From the NCBI GenBank assembly GCA_963674965.2, contig CAXXFL010000002.1:608001-672000 (forward strand): DNA of 64,000 bases, in the 5' to 3' direction. Origin of the DNA: a bacterium. GTDB lineage: Bacteria > RBG-13-61-14 > DATKZS01. Below, one piece after another: positions 10,102 through 18,399 of the stretch. Under the pieces are notes generated by a model. That model was not told the origin of the DNA. It saw only the letters and a list, made by a program, of their open reading frames with translations, and searched no databases. Both the position numbers and the translations under genes were made by a program. The first letter of the stretch is position 1; every line of letters starts with the position of its first letter.

Positions 10102-10665
10102 TTACTTCTTGTAGTCCTTGCCCATCTGCCAGGCCGGACCCACGCGCTCGCCCATCCGGTAGTAGCTCCTGTCACCCACCGAGTAAACCAGCGGGGCGAC
10201 CTTCATCATGTCGGGCTTGCCGTCCACCAGGCAATCCTCCTCCGCGTGGGCCCCGACGACCTCGCCGAAAAAGGCCGTGTCCGGACTTAGCTCCACTTCA
10301 TGGATCAGCCTGCACTCGAGGCATACCGGGCATTCCCCGGCCATGGGGGCCGTGCCCAGCTCTCCGTAAAAGGTCTCGAAAACCTGGGTCTTGTCCACTT
10401 TATGGCCGGAGTTGATCCCGCAGTAATCCACGGCCCGGGCCATCGAGACGGAGGGCACGTTCACGCTGAAGGTCTTGTTCTCGCGTATGCCCCGTACCGT
10501 GTAGTGGGCCTCGTTAAGAGAGACGCACAAGGTGGAGGGCTGAAGGTTCACTACCCCGCAAAAGGCCGCCGTCATGTAATTGGGCTTGCCCCCGACGTTC
10601 GCCCCCACCAGCACCGCCGGCATGGGATACAGGAAATGTCCCGAGCCAAGGTTCTTTTTCGCCAT
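10102..10665 (-). CDS. Flavin reductase family (flavoredoxin-like) protein
   Basis: YPMPAVLVG, FSVNVPS, CGINSGHKVDK and ECPVCLEC motifs. GGAG RBS before MAKK. Confidence 0.9.
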   Translation of the reverse strand: MAKKNLGSGHFLYPMPAVLVGANVGGKPNYMTAAFCGVVNLQPSTLCVSLNEAHYTVRGIRENKTFSVNVPSVSMARAVDYCGINSGHKVDKTQVFETFYGELGTAPMAGECPVCLECRLIHEVELSPDTAFFGEVVGAHAEEDCLVDGKPDMMKVAPLVYSVGDRSYYRMGERVGPAWQMGKDYKK

Positions 10666-10688
10666 CCGTTCCTCCTTCTCGCTTCCAA

Positions 10689-10916
10689 TCAGCTTCGGTC
10701 CGCGTCGCCCTTCTTGCCGAAACCCGGACCGAGCTTGTCCGAATGAAGCTCTCCGCCGCTGGCCCAGTTTTCGCGGTCGTGCTCCTCGATGATGACCGTC
10801 ACCCACTCGGGCTTGACCTCGAGTATTTCAACCATGGAGTCGGTCACGGCCCTGGCCAGGGCGCGCTTCTTCTCCACCGGCCTTCCCTTGGCTATTTTGA
10901 TCGTAACGATGGGCAT
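10689..10916 (-). CDS. 4-oxalocrotonate tautomerase family protein
   Basis: N-terminal (M)PIVTIKIAKGR with catalytic Pro1, and ENWASGG. Confidence 0.9.
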   Translation of the reverse strand: MPIVTIKIAKGRPVEKKRALARAVTDSMVEILEVKPEWVTVIIEEHDRENWASGGELHSDKLGPGFGKKGDADRS

Positions 10917-10935
10917 GTTGTTCACCTTTGAATCA

Positions 10936-10999
10936 AACGGGTAACCCATAGCTCGCCTATGTGGGCGACCGCCAGGAAGCAGTTCATCCCCTCCGCCAT
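10936..10999. repeat. REP-doublet repeat, partial copy A0 (one arm only)
   Basis: AACGGGTAACCCATAGCTCGCCTATGTGGGCGACC, followed by unrelated sequence. Confidence 0.85.
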
Positions 11000-11282
11000 A
11001 ACGGGTAACCCACATAGCTCGCCTATGTGGGCGACCGAAGGGAGCAGGTCGGCGCGTATAACTTTAATACCCGACCCGCGACTTTATATTTTCCAAGCAT
11101 AATCGCGGGAGAGCGGCAACCCCCATTCTTGGTACCACCCGACCTGCTCGCTATGCTCGCCCACATAGGCGAGCTATGTGTAAACATGAAAGCGGGCTGT
11201 CCTCCAAGACGGTTTGAGGTATAACCGTAAACCAAGGGGTTGCAATGCAGGGCCCCAAATAAATGAAGGGAGGTACAGCCCA

Positions 11283-12368
11283 ATGACAACTTATCTCGGA
11301 TTGGACGTGCATTCAAGGAGGACGGTGTTCGTGGCCCAGGAGGAGGACGGAAAAATAATCGCCCGGGGGGACGTGGCTACCGACCGCGCCGGCTTCGAGG
11401 AACTTCTCGGCCGGCTCGGAGGCGAGCTCGGGATCAAGACCGGCCTGGAGAGCGGGGCCCAGTCCTTTTGGGTCAGCGAGCAACTCTCCGAGCTGGGGTT
11501 TCACCCTTACGTGATCAACGCCGCCGAAGTGCGGGCCAAGTCGCTCCGCCCCAACCAGAAGAGCGACGGCCGCGACGCCCTCGAGATTTGCGACGGTCTG
11601 CGCCGCGATCTTTACGTCAGCCGCGTCTACGTGCCCGGCCGGTCCGTTCGCCGCCTGCGGTCCCTGCTCGGCCGCCGCCGTTTTTTCATCCGCCAAATGA
11701 CGTCCCAGGTCAACTCGGCCAAGGCCCTTTTGCGGGGCGAGGGAGTTCGAGTGTCTTTCCGCCTGAACACCGCCTCAGGCTGGAAGCGGGCGCTGGAGTC
11801 CTGCCCGGACTCCTTCCAGCGCGACCTTTTGCGGATGCACTTTCGGACCTGGCGTCAGGTCTCGGAGGAAGTCGCTCGCTTGAACAAGAAAATCGAAAAG
11901 GAGGCGGGCGCCCATTTCGCCGATGCTTATCCCCTGCTCCAGACCGTCCCCGGCGTGGGTCCGGTGACGGCGGCGACCTTTCTTTCCGTTATCGCCGACG
12001 CCGGGCGGTTCGAGCGGAGCGGCCAGGCGGTAAGCTACCTTGGACTCTGTCCGTCCAGTTGGGACAGCGGCGACCGGGTGGTCCACGGCCGTATCACCAA
12101 GCGCGGGTCCTCGGAGGCCCGCTCGATGCTGGTGGAGGCGGCCCATCACGCGGGCCGTCCCACTCACCCCCTCAACCCGTATTTCGCCCGGGTGGCGGCG
12201 AGGCAGGGTTACAAGAAGGCGGTGGTCTGCGTGGCCCAGCGGCTTTGCCGCGTCATGTGGAGAATGATGTTGGACGGCGAGGAATTCGACGCGGGCAAGC
12301 TCAACGTGACGCCCACGAGCAAGGTCAAGACGAGGAAGTATTACTGGAAGATCAAGGAGGCCGTTTGA
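11283..12368 (+). CDS. IS110-family DEDD recombinase/transposase
   Basis: YLGLDVHS, LESG and KSDGRDA supply the DEDD residues. Also TVPGVG, SYLGLCP, the SG catalytic serine motif and GRITKRG. RBS GGAGG. Confidence 0.95.
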   Translation: MTTYLGLDVHSRRTVFVAQEEDGKIIARGDVATDRAGFEELLGRLGGELGIKTGLESGAQSFWVSEQLSELGFHPYVINAAEVRAKSLRPNQKSDGRDALEICDGLRRDLYVSRVYVPGRSVRRLRSLLGRRRFFIRQMTSQVNSAKALLRGEGVRVSFRLNTASGWKRALESCPDSFQRDLLRMHFRTWRQVSEEVARLNKKIEKEAGAHFADAYPLLQTVPGVGPVTAATFLSVIADAGRFERSGQAVSYLGLCPSSWDSGDRVVHGRITKRGSSEARSMLVEAAHHAGRPTHPLNPYFARVAARQGYKKAVVCVAQRLCRVMWRMMLDGEEFDAGKLNVTPTSKVKTRKYYWKIKEAV

Positions 12369-12741
12369 CTCGTTGAGGTCGCGTCCGTGACTTGGCCGGC
12401 TTGAGGGCGGGCCAGGAGGCGCGAGAATCCGTGTCACTCCAAAATAGTTTTCGGCGACTCCTTGGTAACCCGTGGCCGCGAAGGCCTTCTATGTGTATGG
12501 AGCAACGCCGGGACACCGAACGTATTCGTGAGGCTTACGACCTCTTGACCTCGAATAGATGGTTGGAGGGAGGCACGGACCGGGGGGCGCTTTTTCATCT
12601 TTCCGTCATGGGATTGACCCGAAACAATCCCGCCCTCCGTCCCTCGCCCGCTCGGTCCTCCGGTCATGATTCTTTCGGGTAAAGGAGGGTAGACGGAAAG
12701 AAGAAAAAGCTTTGGCAACTGGAGGATGAGACCGTCCAGGG
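12369..12741 (+). ncRNA. Predicted bridge/seek RNA in the IS 3' non-coding region (boundaries approximate)
   Basis: Contains GTAACCC (12465-12471) and CTATGTG (12489-12495), matching the two halves of the insertion target, separated by a GGCC-GCGAA-GGCC hairpin. Confidence 0.7.
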
Positions 12742-12841
12742 TTGACAATTTGCTTTCATAGATGGGTTACGCCGGAGGTCCCACGCCTGGGGGCAATGAA
12801 GGTTACCTGTTGGGCATGTTGTTCCCATTTGAATTAATCCA

Positions 12842-13444
12842 TCAATTTCCGTTCCGTATATTGTTCTTGGCTTTCTCGATAAGGTTATATACTCTCCTCA
12901 CGTCATCGATATATTCGAAACTCGGGATAAATGGGCCGATGTTCCATGTAGACCAAGCCGCTATCTTCCCATTGTCAAAGTGGGCTGGGAAAAATGACTT
13001 TGCACCGAAAAATATGCTCCCGCTTCCGTCTTTTTTCTCCGAGACGCCGACCATGCGGGGAGTAGCCAGACACAACGTCAATTTATTTAATTTCATTATT
13101 TTTGAAAGAAAGATAATCCTATTTGTGGTCACGGCATAGATCGTATTCTTTCTTCTATAAGATTCAATTAATAGTCTTCCGAATGAGAAGTAGAATCCAA
13201 GTAACATAAATGGAATAGAATCAATTAAGATAAAAACGGACGGCCAGAATTTTCCGGGGTTTACCAAAATGCCTATTTCTAAAATGATTAAGAAAGAAAA
13301 TATATAAGTGCCGAAAAAAAACATGATTACTTCATCTGCATATGGCCTCATCTTCAATCCGGCATCAGGATAGCCGTACCAGAGTATCTTTTCCTCTGGG
13401 AGCAGGATATTTTCGACGTCTTTTTTGCTTAATGGCCTCATCAA
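12842..13444 (-). CDS. Hypothetical membrane protein, bacterial PH-domain-like; AT-rich
   Basis: LLPEEKILWYGYP, two TMs, YAVTTNRII and DGSGSIFF motifs. Confidence 0.75.
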   Translation of the reverse strand: MMRPLSKKDVENILLPEEKILWYGYPDAGLKMRPYADEVIMFFFGTYIFSFLIILEIGILVNPGKFWPSVFILIDSIPFMLLGFYFSFGRLLIESYRRKNTIYAVTTNRIIFLSKIMKLNKLTLCLATPRMVGVSEKKDGSGSIFFGAKSFFPAHFDNGKIAAWSTWNIGPFIPSFEYIDDVRRVYNLIEKAKNNIRNGN

Positions 13445-13479
13445 TCATTTTCCCGATGGTTCAATTGGAAATATACATG

Positions 13480-13669
13480 AACGGGTAACCCACATAGCTC
13501 GCCTATGTGGGCGACCGAAGGGAGCAGGTCGGCGCGTATAACTTCAATACCCGACCCGCGACTTTATATTTTCCAAGCATAACCGCGGGAAAGCGGCAAC
13601 CCCATTCTTGGTACCATGCGACCTGCTCGCTATGCTCGCCCACATAGCAAAAGCGATGGGTTACCTGTT
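13480..13669. repeat. REP-doublet repeat copy B (190 bp)
   Basis: Ends AACGGGTAACC...GGTTACCTGTT, with the same core as copies A1 and C. Confidence 0.9.
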
Positions 13670-13690
13670 CCAGATGATCCACCGATCCCT

Positions 13691-16162
13691 CTAATCCCGG
13701 ATAATTTTCCTGTAAAGGCCGGGGCGATGATATTTACCTAGGTATTCATCGAGAGGGTATATTGTGTTGCCCACCGTCCAGGTAAGGTCGTCCTTAACGT
13801 TTTCTGAAAAATCAATTGAACCATCGGGACCGAGAATTGCCCATCCATCTTCAAAAAGGTAAAGTTTGCATAAGAGATCGCCCGTCGAAGGGTTGTAAAA
13901 AACGATCCACTGATCAATGGCTTCATACATGAGAGCTTTACCATTAAGGACGTATCTAAAACTCTCATCCACCTCACCCATCCTTGGTCTTAGCCCTTTA
14001 AAACTGTTGGCAAGGGAACCATTAGTAGAATTGTAAATCAATATTTCCCCATTTCCGGTTATTGCCGCAATTTGCTCGCTGTCTGGGCTAAAATCAACTG
14101 AAAAAACTGTAACCTCTTCAATGCTTACAATCAATCTGCCGAGATTGCCCTGCTCTTCATCTTCAAAGTCCTTCAATCGTGTTGGATTCTCCACTGAAAT
14201 ATCATAAATGTCTATTGAATCGTCACAAATTGCTATTTTTGAGGAGTCCGGACTGAACGCAAAACTTAAGCCATGGCTTGGACAATATCTACAAATGAGT
14301 TCCTCTCCAGAAAAAGTATCAATGACACAAAAGACTCCTGCCCCACTGCTTCCCTGTCCCCAAACGCGTTCACCTTTTTTACCATCTGGGCTAAAAGTTG
14401 AAAGATCTGGTAAAGTAGAAATTTCCTGCATATCTTTTGAGTCAATTAACTTTCCGTCAGATAAATCCCAAATTGACAATTTCTCAAACCAGGAAGTCGT
14501 CACTAAAACGTTTTTGCCATTTGAAAGTTTAGGAGGTCCTAGGATAAAATCAGATTTCGTTTGAATTGTAAGGAGTGATGCGCTGGATGACATGTCCCAT
14601 AAATCAATCACACCATCTTGACGCCCTGTAATAACAATATTATCTTCTAGGATAAAGCCTAATAACTGTGAATCTTTTGCATTGCCTTTGAGCGTTGCTG
14701 TAATGGTTCCGGTTTCGAGGTCGATAATATCAATTTGTCCATCCTCTAGAATAATGGCAATCCTCGAATCATCCGGACTAACAAGGTAATCACGATATGC
14801 CGATTCTGTTAAGACAACGATATTGCCCTGCTTGATGTTGTAGGCCATTAGCTTGTCCTTAACAAACACACCAGTACAGAAGGCTCCCTTAAATATCTCT
14901 TCCTCAGTTTCTTTAAAAATTGTTTTTTCGTTTTCCAGAAGAAGAAAGTCATCATTAGGAGTCACTCGTTTTGAATTCACTTGAATATCATGATCATCAA
15001 AGGACCAAATTGGTTTACGAGTAGAGATTTTCCAGAGTTTATCAAAACCAATTAAATATAAATTGCTTTGGGCAAGTCCTAAGCCTGGTACGGAATCACA
15101 GTATACTTTTCTCGGAACAATTTCTAGAGTATCGAATTCTGAAGATGTAAGATACCCAAGCCTCAGAACAATTGACTCGCCTTTTTCTACATATTGGGCT
15201 ATCGTTTGACAGTTTGGACCTAAGGAGGAAAAAATGACGTTAGAATGATCAAAAATTGTCCTAATCTTTTTCCCCGAGGGGACTTCATAATAGCTCAATG
15301 ATGATGTAGTATCATTAACTTTACAGCTTACGACCAGCATGTCTTCTTCCCGTGTTAATCCTACATCAAGAGGAATGCCTTCAGGCTTGATAGAAGCAAG
15401 CATATCTCCGGCTACAGCCTCCCAAAGTTTCACATATTCGCCAGCAGTGATTAGAAGTTTGCCATTTGCGCTAATAATTATCTTGTCAATGGAACTATAG
15501 TATCTTTCTTCAAAAATATTGCTGCTGATTCTATCCCCCACCCATCTTACATCCCCTGAGTTATTATCGATAATCTCGATTTGGCCATCAAAATTACCCA
15601 ATGCTATGAACTCACCATCCGGGCTGAAGGCAATATCAGTCGGCAGGTAGACGCCCCATTTTATGTAATTATAATCAATATGCTCATACTCGCTCTTTGG
15701 GAGGTGAGCGTTTTTAATGGTTTTCCTGCATTCACCTGTGGACACATCCCACAAATTAATTTCATCAATTATACCGCCTTCAACATAGTAGCTAGTCGCT
15801 GAAGCAATTAGCTTTGAATCAGGGCTGAAAGCGATGACACTCGGTTTGCCTGCGTCTATTTGTCGAATAATTTGTCCTGTTGACGGTTCCCATAAATCAA
15901 TTAGGCCATCATCGTTCGCTGTGGCTAGTAGGCTACCATCACTGCTGAATGCCATATCCGAGGCTGAAAAGTTCTTCTTTTGAACGGTAAGCCTCTGCTT
16001 TACTCCCGGTCGTTCATACGGGTTGAGTCGCCCTGAAGATAAAGCTCCAGCATCGTCAAGGTTTTCGCTTTTCTGGCTTGCATCTTTTTCTTTCTTGGTT
16101 GAGCAGGATATGACTAATAATGAGCATAGTAACGCAGATAATATTTTTGCCGATCTTACCAT
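13691..16162 (-). CDS. WD40-repeat lipoprotein; AT-rich
   Basis: Lipobox LVISC, repeated AFSPDG/IDLWD units and C-terminal WAILGPDG. Confidence 0.88.
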   Translation of the reverse strand: MVRSAKILSALLCSLLVISCSTKKEKDASQKSENLDDAGALSSGRLNPYERPGVKQRLTVQKKNFSASDMAFSSDGSLLATANDDGLIDLWEPSTGQIIRQIDAGKPSVIAFSPDSKLIASATSYYVEGGIIDEINLWDVSTGECRKTIKNAHLPKSEYEHIDYNYIKWGVYLPTDIAFSPDGEFIALGNFDGQIEIIDNNSGDVRWVGDRISSNIFEERYYSSIDKIIISANGKLLITAGEYVKLWEAVAGDMLASIKPEGIPLDVGLTREEDMLVVSCKVNDTTSSLSYYEVPSGKKIRTIFDHSNVIFSSLGPNCQTIAQYVEKGESIVLRLGYLTSSEFDTLEIVPRKVYCDSVPGLGLAQSNLYLIGFDKLWKISTRKPIWSFDDHDIQVNSKRVTPNDDFLLLENEKTIFKETEEEIFKGAFCTGVFVKDKLMAYNIKQGNIVVLTESAYRDYLVSPDDSRIAIILEDGQIDIIDLETGTITATLKGNAKDSQLLGFILEDNIVITGRQDGVIDLWDMSSSASLLTIQTKSDFILGPPKLSNGKNVLVTTSWFEKLSIWDLSDGKLIDSKDMQEISTLPDLSTFSPDGKKGERVWGQGSSGAGVFCVIDTFSGEELICRYCPSHGLSFAFSPDSSKIAICDDSIDIYDISVENPTRLKDFEDEEQGNLGRLIVSIEEVTVFSVDFSPDSEQIAAITGNGEILIYNSTNGSLANSFKGLRPRMGEVDESFRYVLNGKALMYEAIDQWIVFYNPSTGDLLCKLYLFEDGWAILGPDGSIDFSENVKDDLTWTVGNTIYPLDEYLGKYHRPGLYRKIIRD

Positions 16163-16291
16163 GTTTGATACCTCTCAATGTCCACGTTCAGGGAGAGCGA
16201 ACCTTGATTTATCGATGGAGACCATCAGAAAGATTTCTCCCTGATGTTAAATACCATCATATCAAACTGCTTACCTAACGAAAAGTGTCCA

Positions 16292-16340
16292 CTCCTTTTG
16301 CTCCTCAATTCTCCTTTTGCTCCTCAATTCTCCTTTTGCT
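16292..16340. repeat. 19 bp tandem repeat, about 2.5 copies
   Basis: CTCCTTTTGCTCCTCAATT twice, followed by CTCCTTTTGCT. Confidence 0.85.
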
Positions 16341-16397
16341 ATATTTTTAGACACTGCTGTCCAAAATAGGACGGACCTTGCCTTTGCCCCATTATAA

Positions 16398-16622
16398 AAC
16401 GGGTAACCCATAGCTCGCCTATGTGGGCGACCGAAGGGAGCAGGTCGGCGCGTATAACTTCAATACCCGACCCGCGACTTTATATTTTCCAAGCATAACC
16501 GCGGGAAAGCGGCAACCCCATTCTTGGTACCACCCGACCTGCTCGCTATGCTCGCCCACATAGGCGAGCTATGTGGGTTACGCCGGAAGTCCCACGCCTG
16601 GGGGCAATGTAGGTTACCTGTT
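16398..16622. repeat. REP-doublet repeat copy C (225 bp, intact; carries an empty IS target)
   Basis: Inverted arms built on CCCACATAG-CTCGC-CTATGTGGG. Empty target GCTATGTGGGTTAC at 16568-16581. Confidence 0.9.
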
Positions 16623-16628
16623 GTTATG

Positions 16629-17081
16629 TTACCAATGAAATTCAATAGATCTTAATTCGCTACATGTATCTGAAGTCCTCCAGCTACCGTCATCATACTC
16701 GTATGCTTTGCATACCCACCAATAACGTACTCCAGGACCAAATGTCCCGGAAAATCCATTGGATTGCGTATATGTTGGCACGGAAGTCCTTACAAAAGAA
16801 CCTCCTCCCGTTGGTGGAACCGGATCAATGGCAATCAGCAGTTCGTAGCAATTTGAACAATGGTTATAGCCTGTGTCCGCGCCTTCAAAATCTCCTCCCC
16901 AAGTAAAAGTGATAGGGTCCCCTATTTTGTGAGAACTACCCTCTTCAGGGGTCAGCAAAGTTATGGGGGCGTTAGGGCCGCATGGGGATTCATCACCTCC
17001 ACCTCCGCCTTCTCCACATCCATTCAGGATAAAAAATGTTACAATAAAAAACAAGACTGTATTTCTTGTCACCTTCATCAT
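16629..17081 (-). CDS. Hypothetical Cys-containing lipoprotein; AT-rich
   Basis: GAGGAGG RBS before MMKVTRN, lipobox ILNGC, Gly linker and an Ig/FN3-like pattern (LLTPEEG, YWWV). Confidence 0.7.
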   Translation of the reverse strand: MMKVTRNTVLFFIVTFFILNGCGEGGGGGDESPCGPNAPITLLTPEEGSSHKIGDPITFTWGGDFEGADTGYNHCSNCYELLIAIDPVPPTGGGSFVRTSVPTYTQSNGFSGTFGPGVRYWWVCKAYEYDDGSWRTSDTCSELRSIEFHW

Positions 17082-17343
17082 TATTTTCCGCCTCCTCAAG
17101 ATAATATTAAGACCGTTCTGGATAGTCTTTTGGCCTGAAAAAACTGCATTAGAACTGGCTGTCAATAACCTCGCGGGTTTTCTATTTTGAAGATTTGAAG
17201 TTTTCGTCCCTTTTGCGATAGTCTCCATTAAGTACAATAGATGGTCACTTTAACCCATTATGGAAAGAAGCCTCGATAATGCTTTGACATATTTTATATA
17301 TACCAACTTGCTGATCTATGTCAAGAAAAAAGAAATATTACCC

Positions 17344-18384
17344 CTACTCCTTCACGCTCCTTTCATCAATTCCCAAATAGGGATTAAAGGCGTAGTCGGT
17401 GGAGAAGCCCTCGGGGAAGCTCCATTGGCTCGATATGGCCCGGGCGGGGTCGAGGCCGAAGTGACGCCAGGGGGCGCCGGCTCCGCCTTTTTCGCCTCCC
17501 TTGCTTGGCGCGTCTCCGTCCAGGGCGAAGGGGAGGAGGCCGTTTGCGGTAAGCTCGGGCGGGACGCCGTGAGCGCCCGGCGGCGGGACGTAGGCCCGGT
17601 ACTGGCTAAAGGTTTCCCGCTGGTGGCGGCGCGGCCAGAAGCCGTTGTCGCCCGAAACAAGAATAAGGTCGTAGCCCACGTCGCGGTCGCTCGGTCCCTT
17701 TGGCTCCTCGGCCTTGGCCTTGTATCGGTATTCCACTCCCGTGCCGCCGCGGAAGTCCTTTCTTTTCAGGACGCCCCCGGCCCTGGACCCCAGCGCGTAC
17801 GGGCCGTGGCCGCCTTGCTGAATATAGATTTGAGGATGAGTGCCGTCCCGGAAACGGGGCCGTCCCGCGGACAAAGGCTTTTTCGGCTTCACGGACGGGT
17901 CGGTAATATAGTGCCTTGTATAGCCGTGGGGCTTGGTCATAAGGAGTCTGAACTCCTCCCCCTTCCCGGTCTTTTGGAGGACAAGCATAATGCCTTCCGT
18001 GTCGTTTTCATGATAGGCGCCGGGCACGGCCTTCATCCATTTTCGGTCGTAGTCGTAGGGGTGGAAAAACTCGTAGAGCACCAGGTAATGGGTCCTCGTC
18101 TCCATGACCTCGTAGTAGACGTAGGCGCGGTATGGAGCGAACTTTCCCGCGGCCAGGCTCTCCTGGTTGTTGGCGCCGATCCAGTCGCCGTCGCCGTTAA
18201 AGGCCGCCAGGTAATCGGCCTCCGGGTAATACCAGGTATCCTGCCAAACGTCCGGGCTCCAGCGGGCGGCAATCTCGAGATAGGGCTCGCCTCCCCGAGC
18301 GGGAAGCGCGATCAAAAGCGGCGCGAGCGCGGCAAGGGCCGCGAGAAAAATAAGGCCGTAGCCGTTTTTCGCAAGCCGAGGCAT
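17344..18384 (-). CDS. Secreted hypothetical protein (NPP1/Vps62-like HEND motif)
   Basis: Signal peptide, DGDWIGANN, YYEVMET, FFHPYD and HENDTEG. Confidence 0.65.
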   Translation of the reverse strand: MPRLAKNGYGLIFLAALAALAPLLIALPARGGEPYLEIAARWSPDVWQDTWYYPEADYLAAFNGDGDWIGANNQESLAAGKFAPYRAYVYYEVMETRTHYLVLYEFFHPYDYDRKWMKAVPGAYHENDTEGIMLVLQKTGKGEEFRLLMTKPHGYTRHYITDPSVKPKKPLSAGRPRFRDGTHPQIYIQQGGHGPYALGSRAGGVLKRKDFRGGTGVEYRYKAKAEEPKGPSDRDVGYDLILVSGDNGFWPRRHQRETFSQYRAYVPPPGAHGVPPELTANGLLPFALDGDAPSKGGEKGGAGAPWRHFGLDPARAISSQWSFPEGFSTDYAFNPYLGIDERSVKE

Positions 18385-18399
18385 TATTAGCGTCCGGCC

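Larger units (their letters stand above)
11179..12762 (+). mobile_element. IS110-family insertion sequence, IS1111-type organisation
   Basis: Ends defined against the empty site in copy C. A TG core occurs at both junctions. Sub-terminal IR ATGAAAGC (11186-11193) / GCTTTCAT (12752-12759) lies 7 nt and 3 nt from the ends. Long 3' non-coding region. Confidence 0.92.
11000..12811. repeat. REP-doublet (REPIN-like) repeat copy A1, interrupted by the IS110-family element
   Basis: 11000-11180 joined to 12765-12811 rebuilds a near-exact match to intact copy C (16398-16622). Confidence 0.9.

Noticed and set aside
11023-11316. Short ORFs over the REP doublet (also 11027-11224 and 16460-16645)
   Set aside because: They are translations of palindromic repeat DNA and cross element boundaries.
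10936-16622. Canonical integron (attC array)
   Set aside because: Units are 190-225 bp, only one has an RYYYAAC box (GCCCAAC), the GTT ends do not fit GTTRRRY, and no IntI gene is present. Kept only as a cassette-like finding.
10936-16622. CRISPR array
   Set aside because: Repeats are far too long, spacing is gene-sized and irregular, and there are no cas genes.
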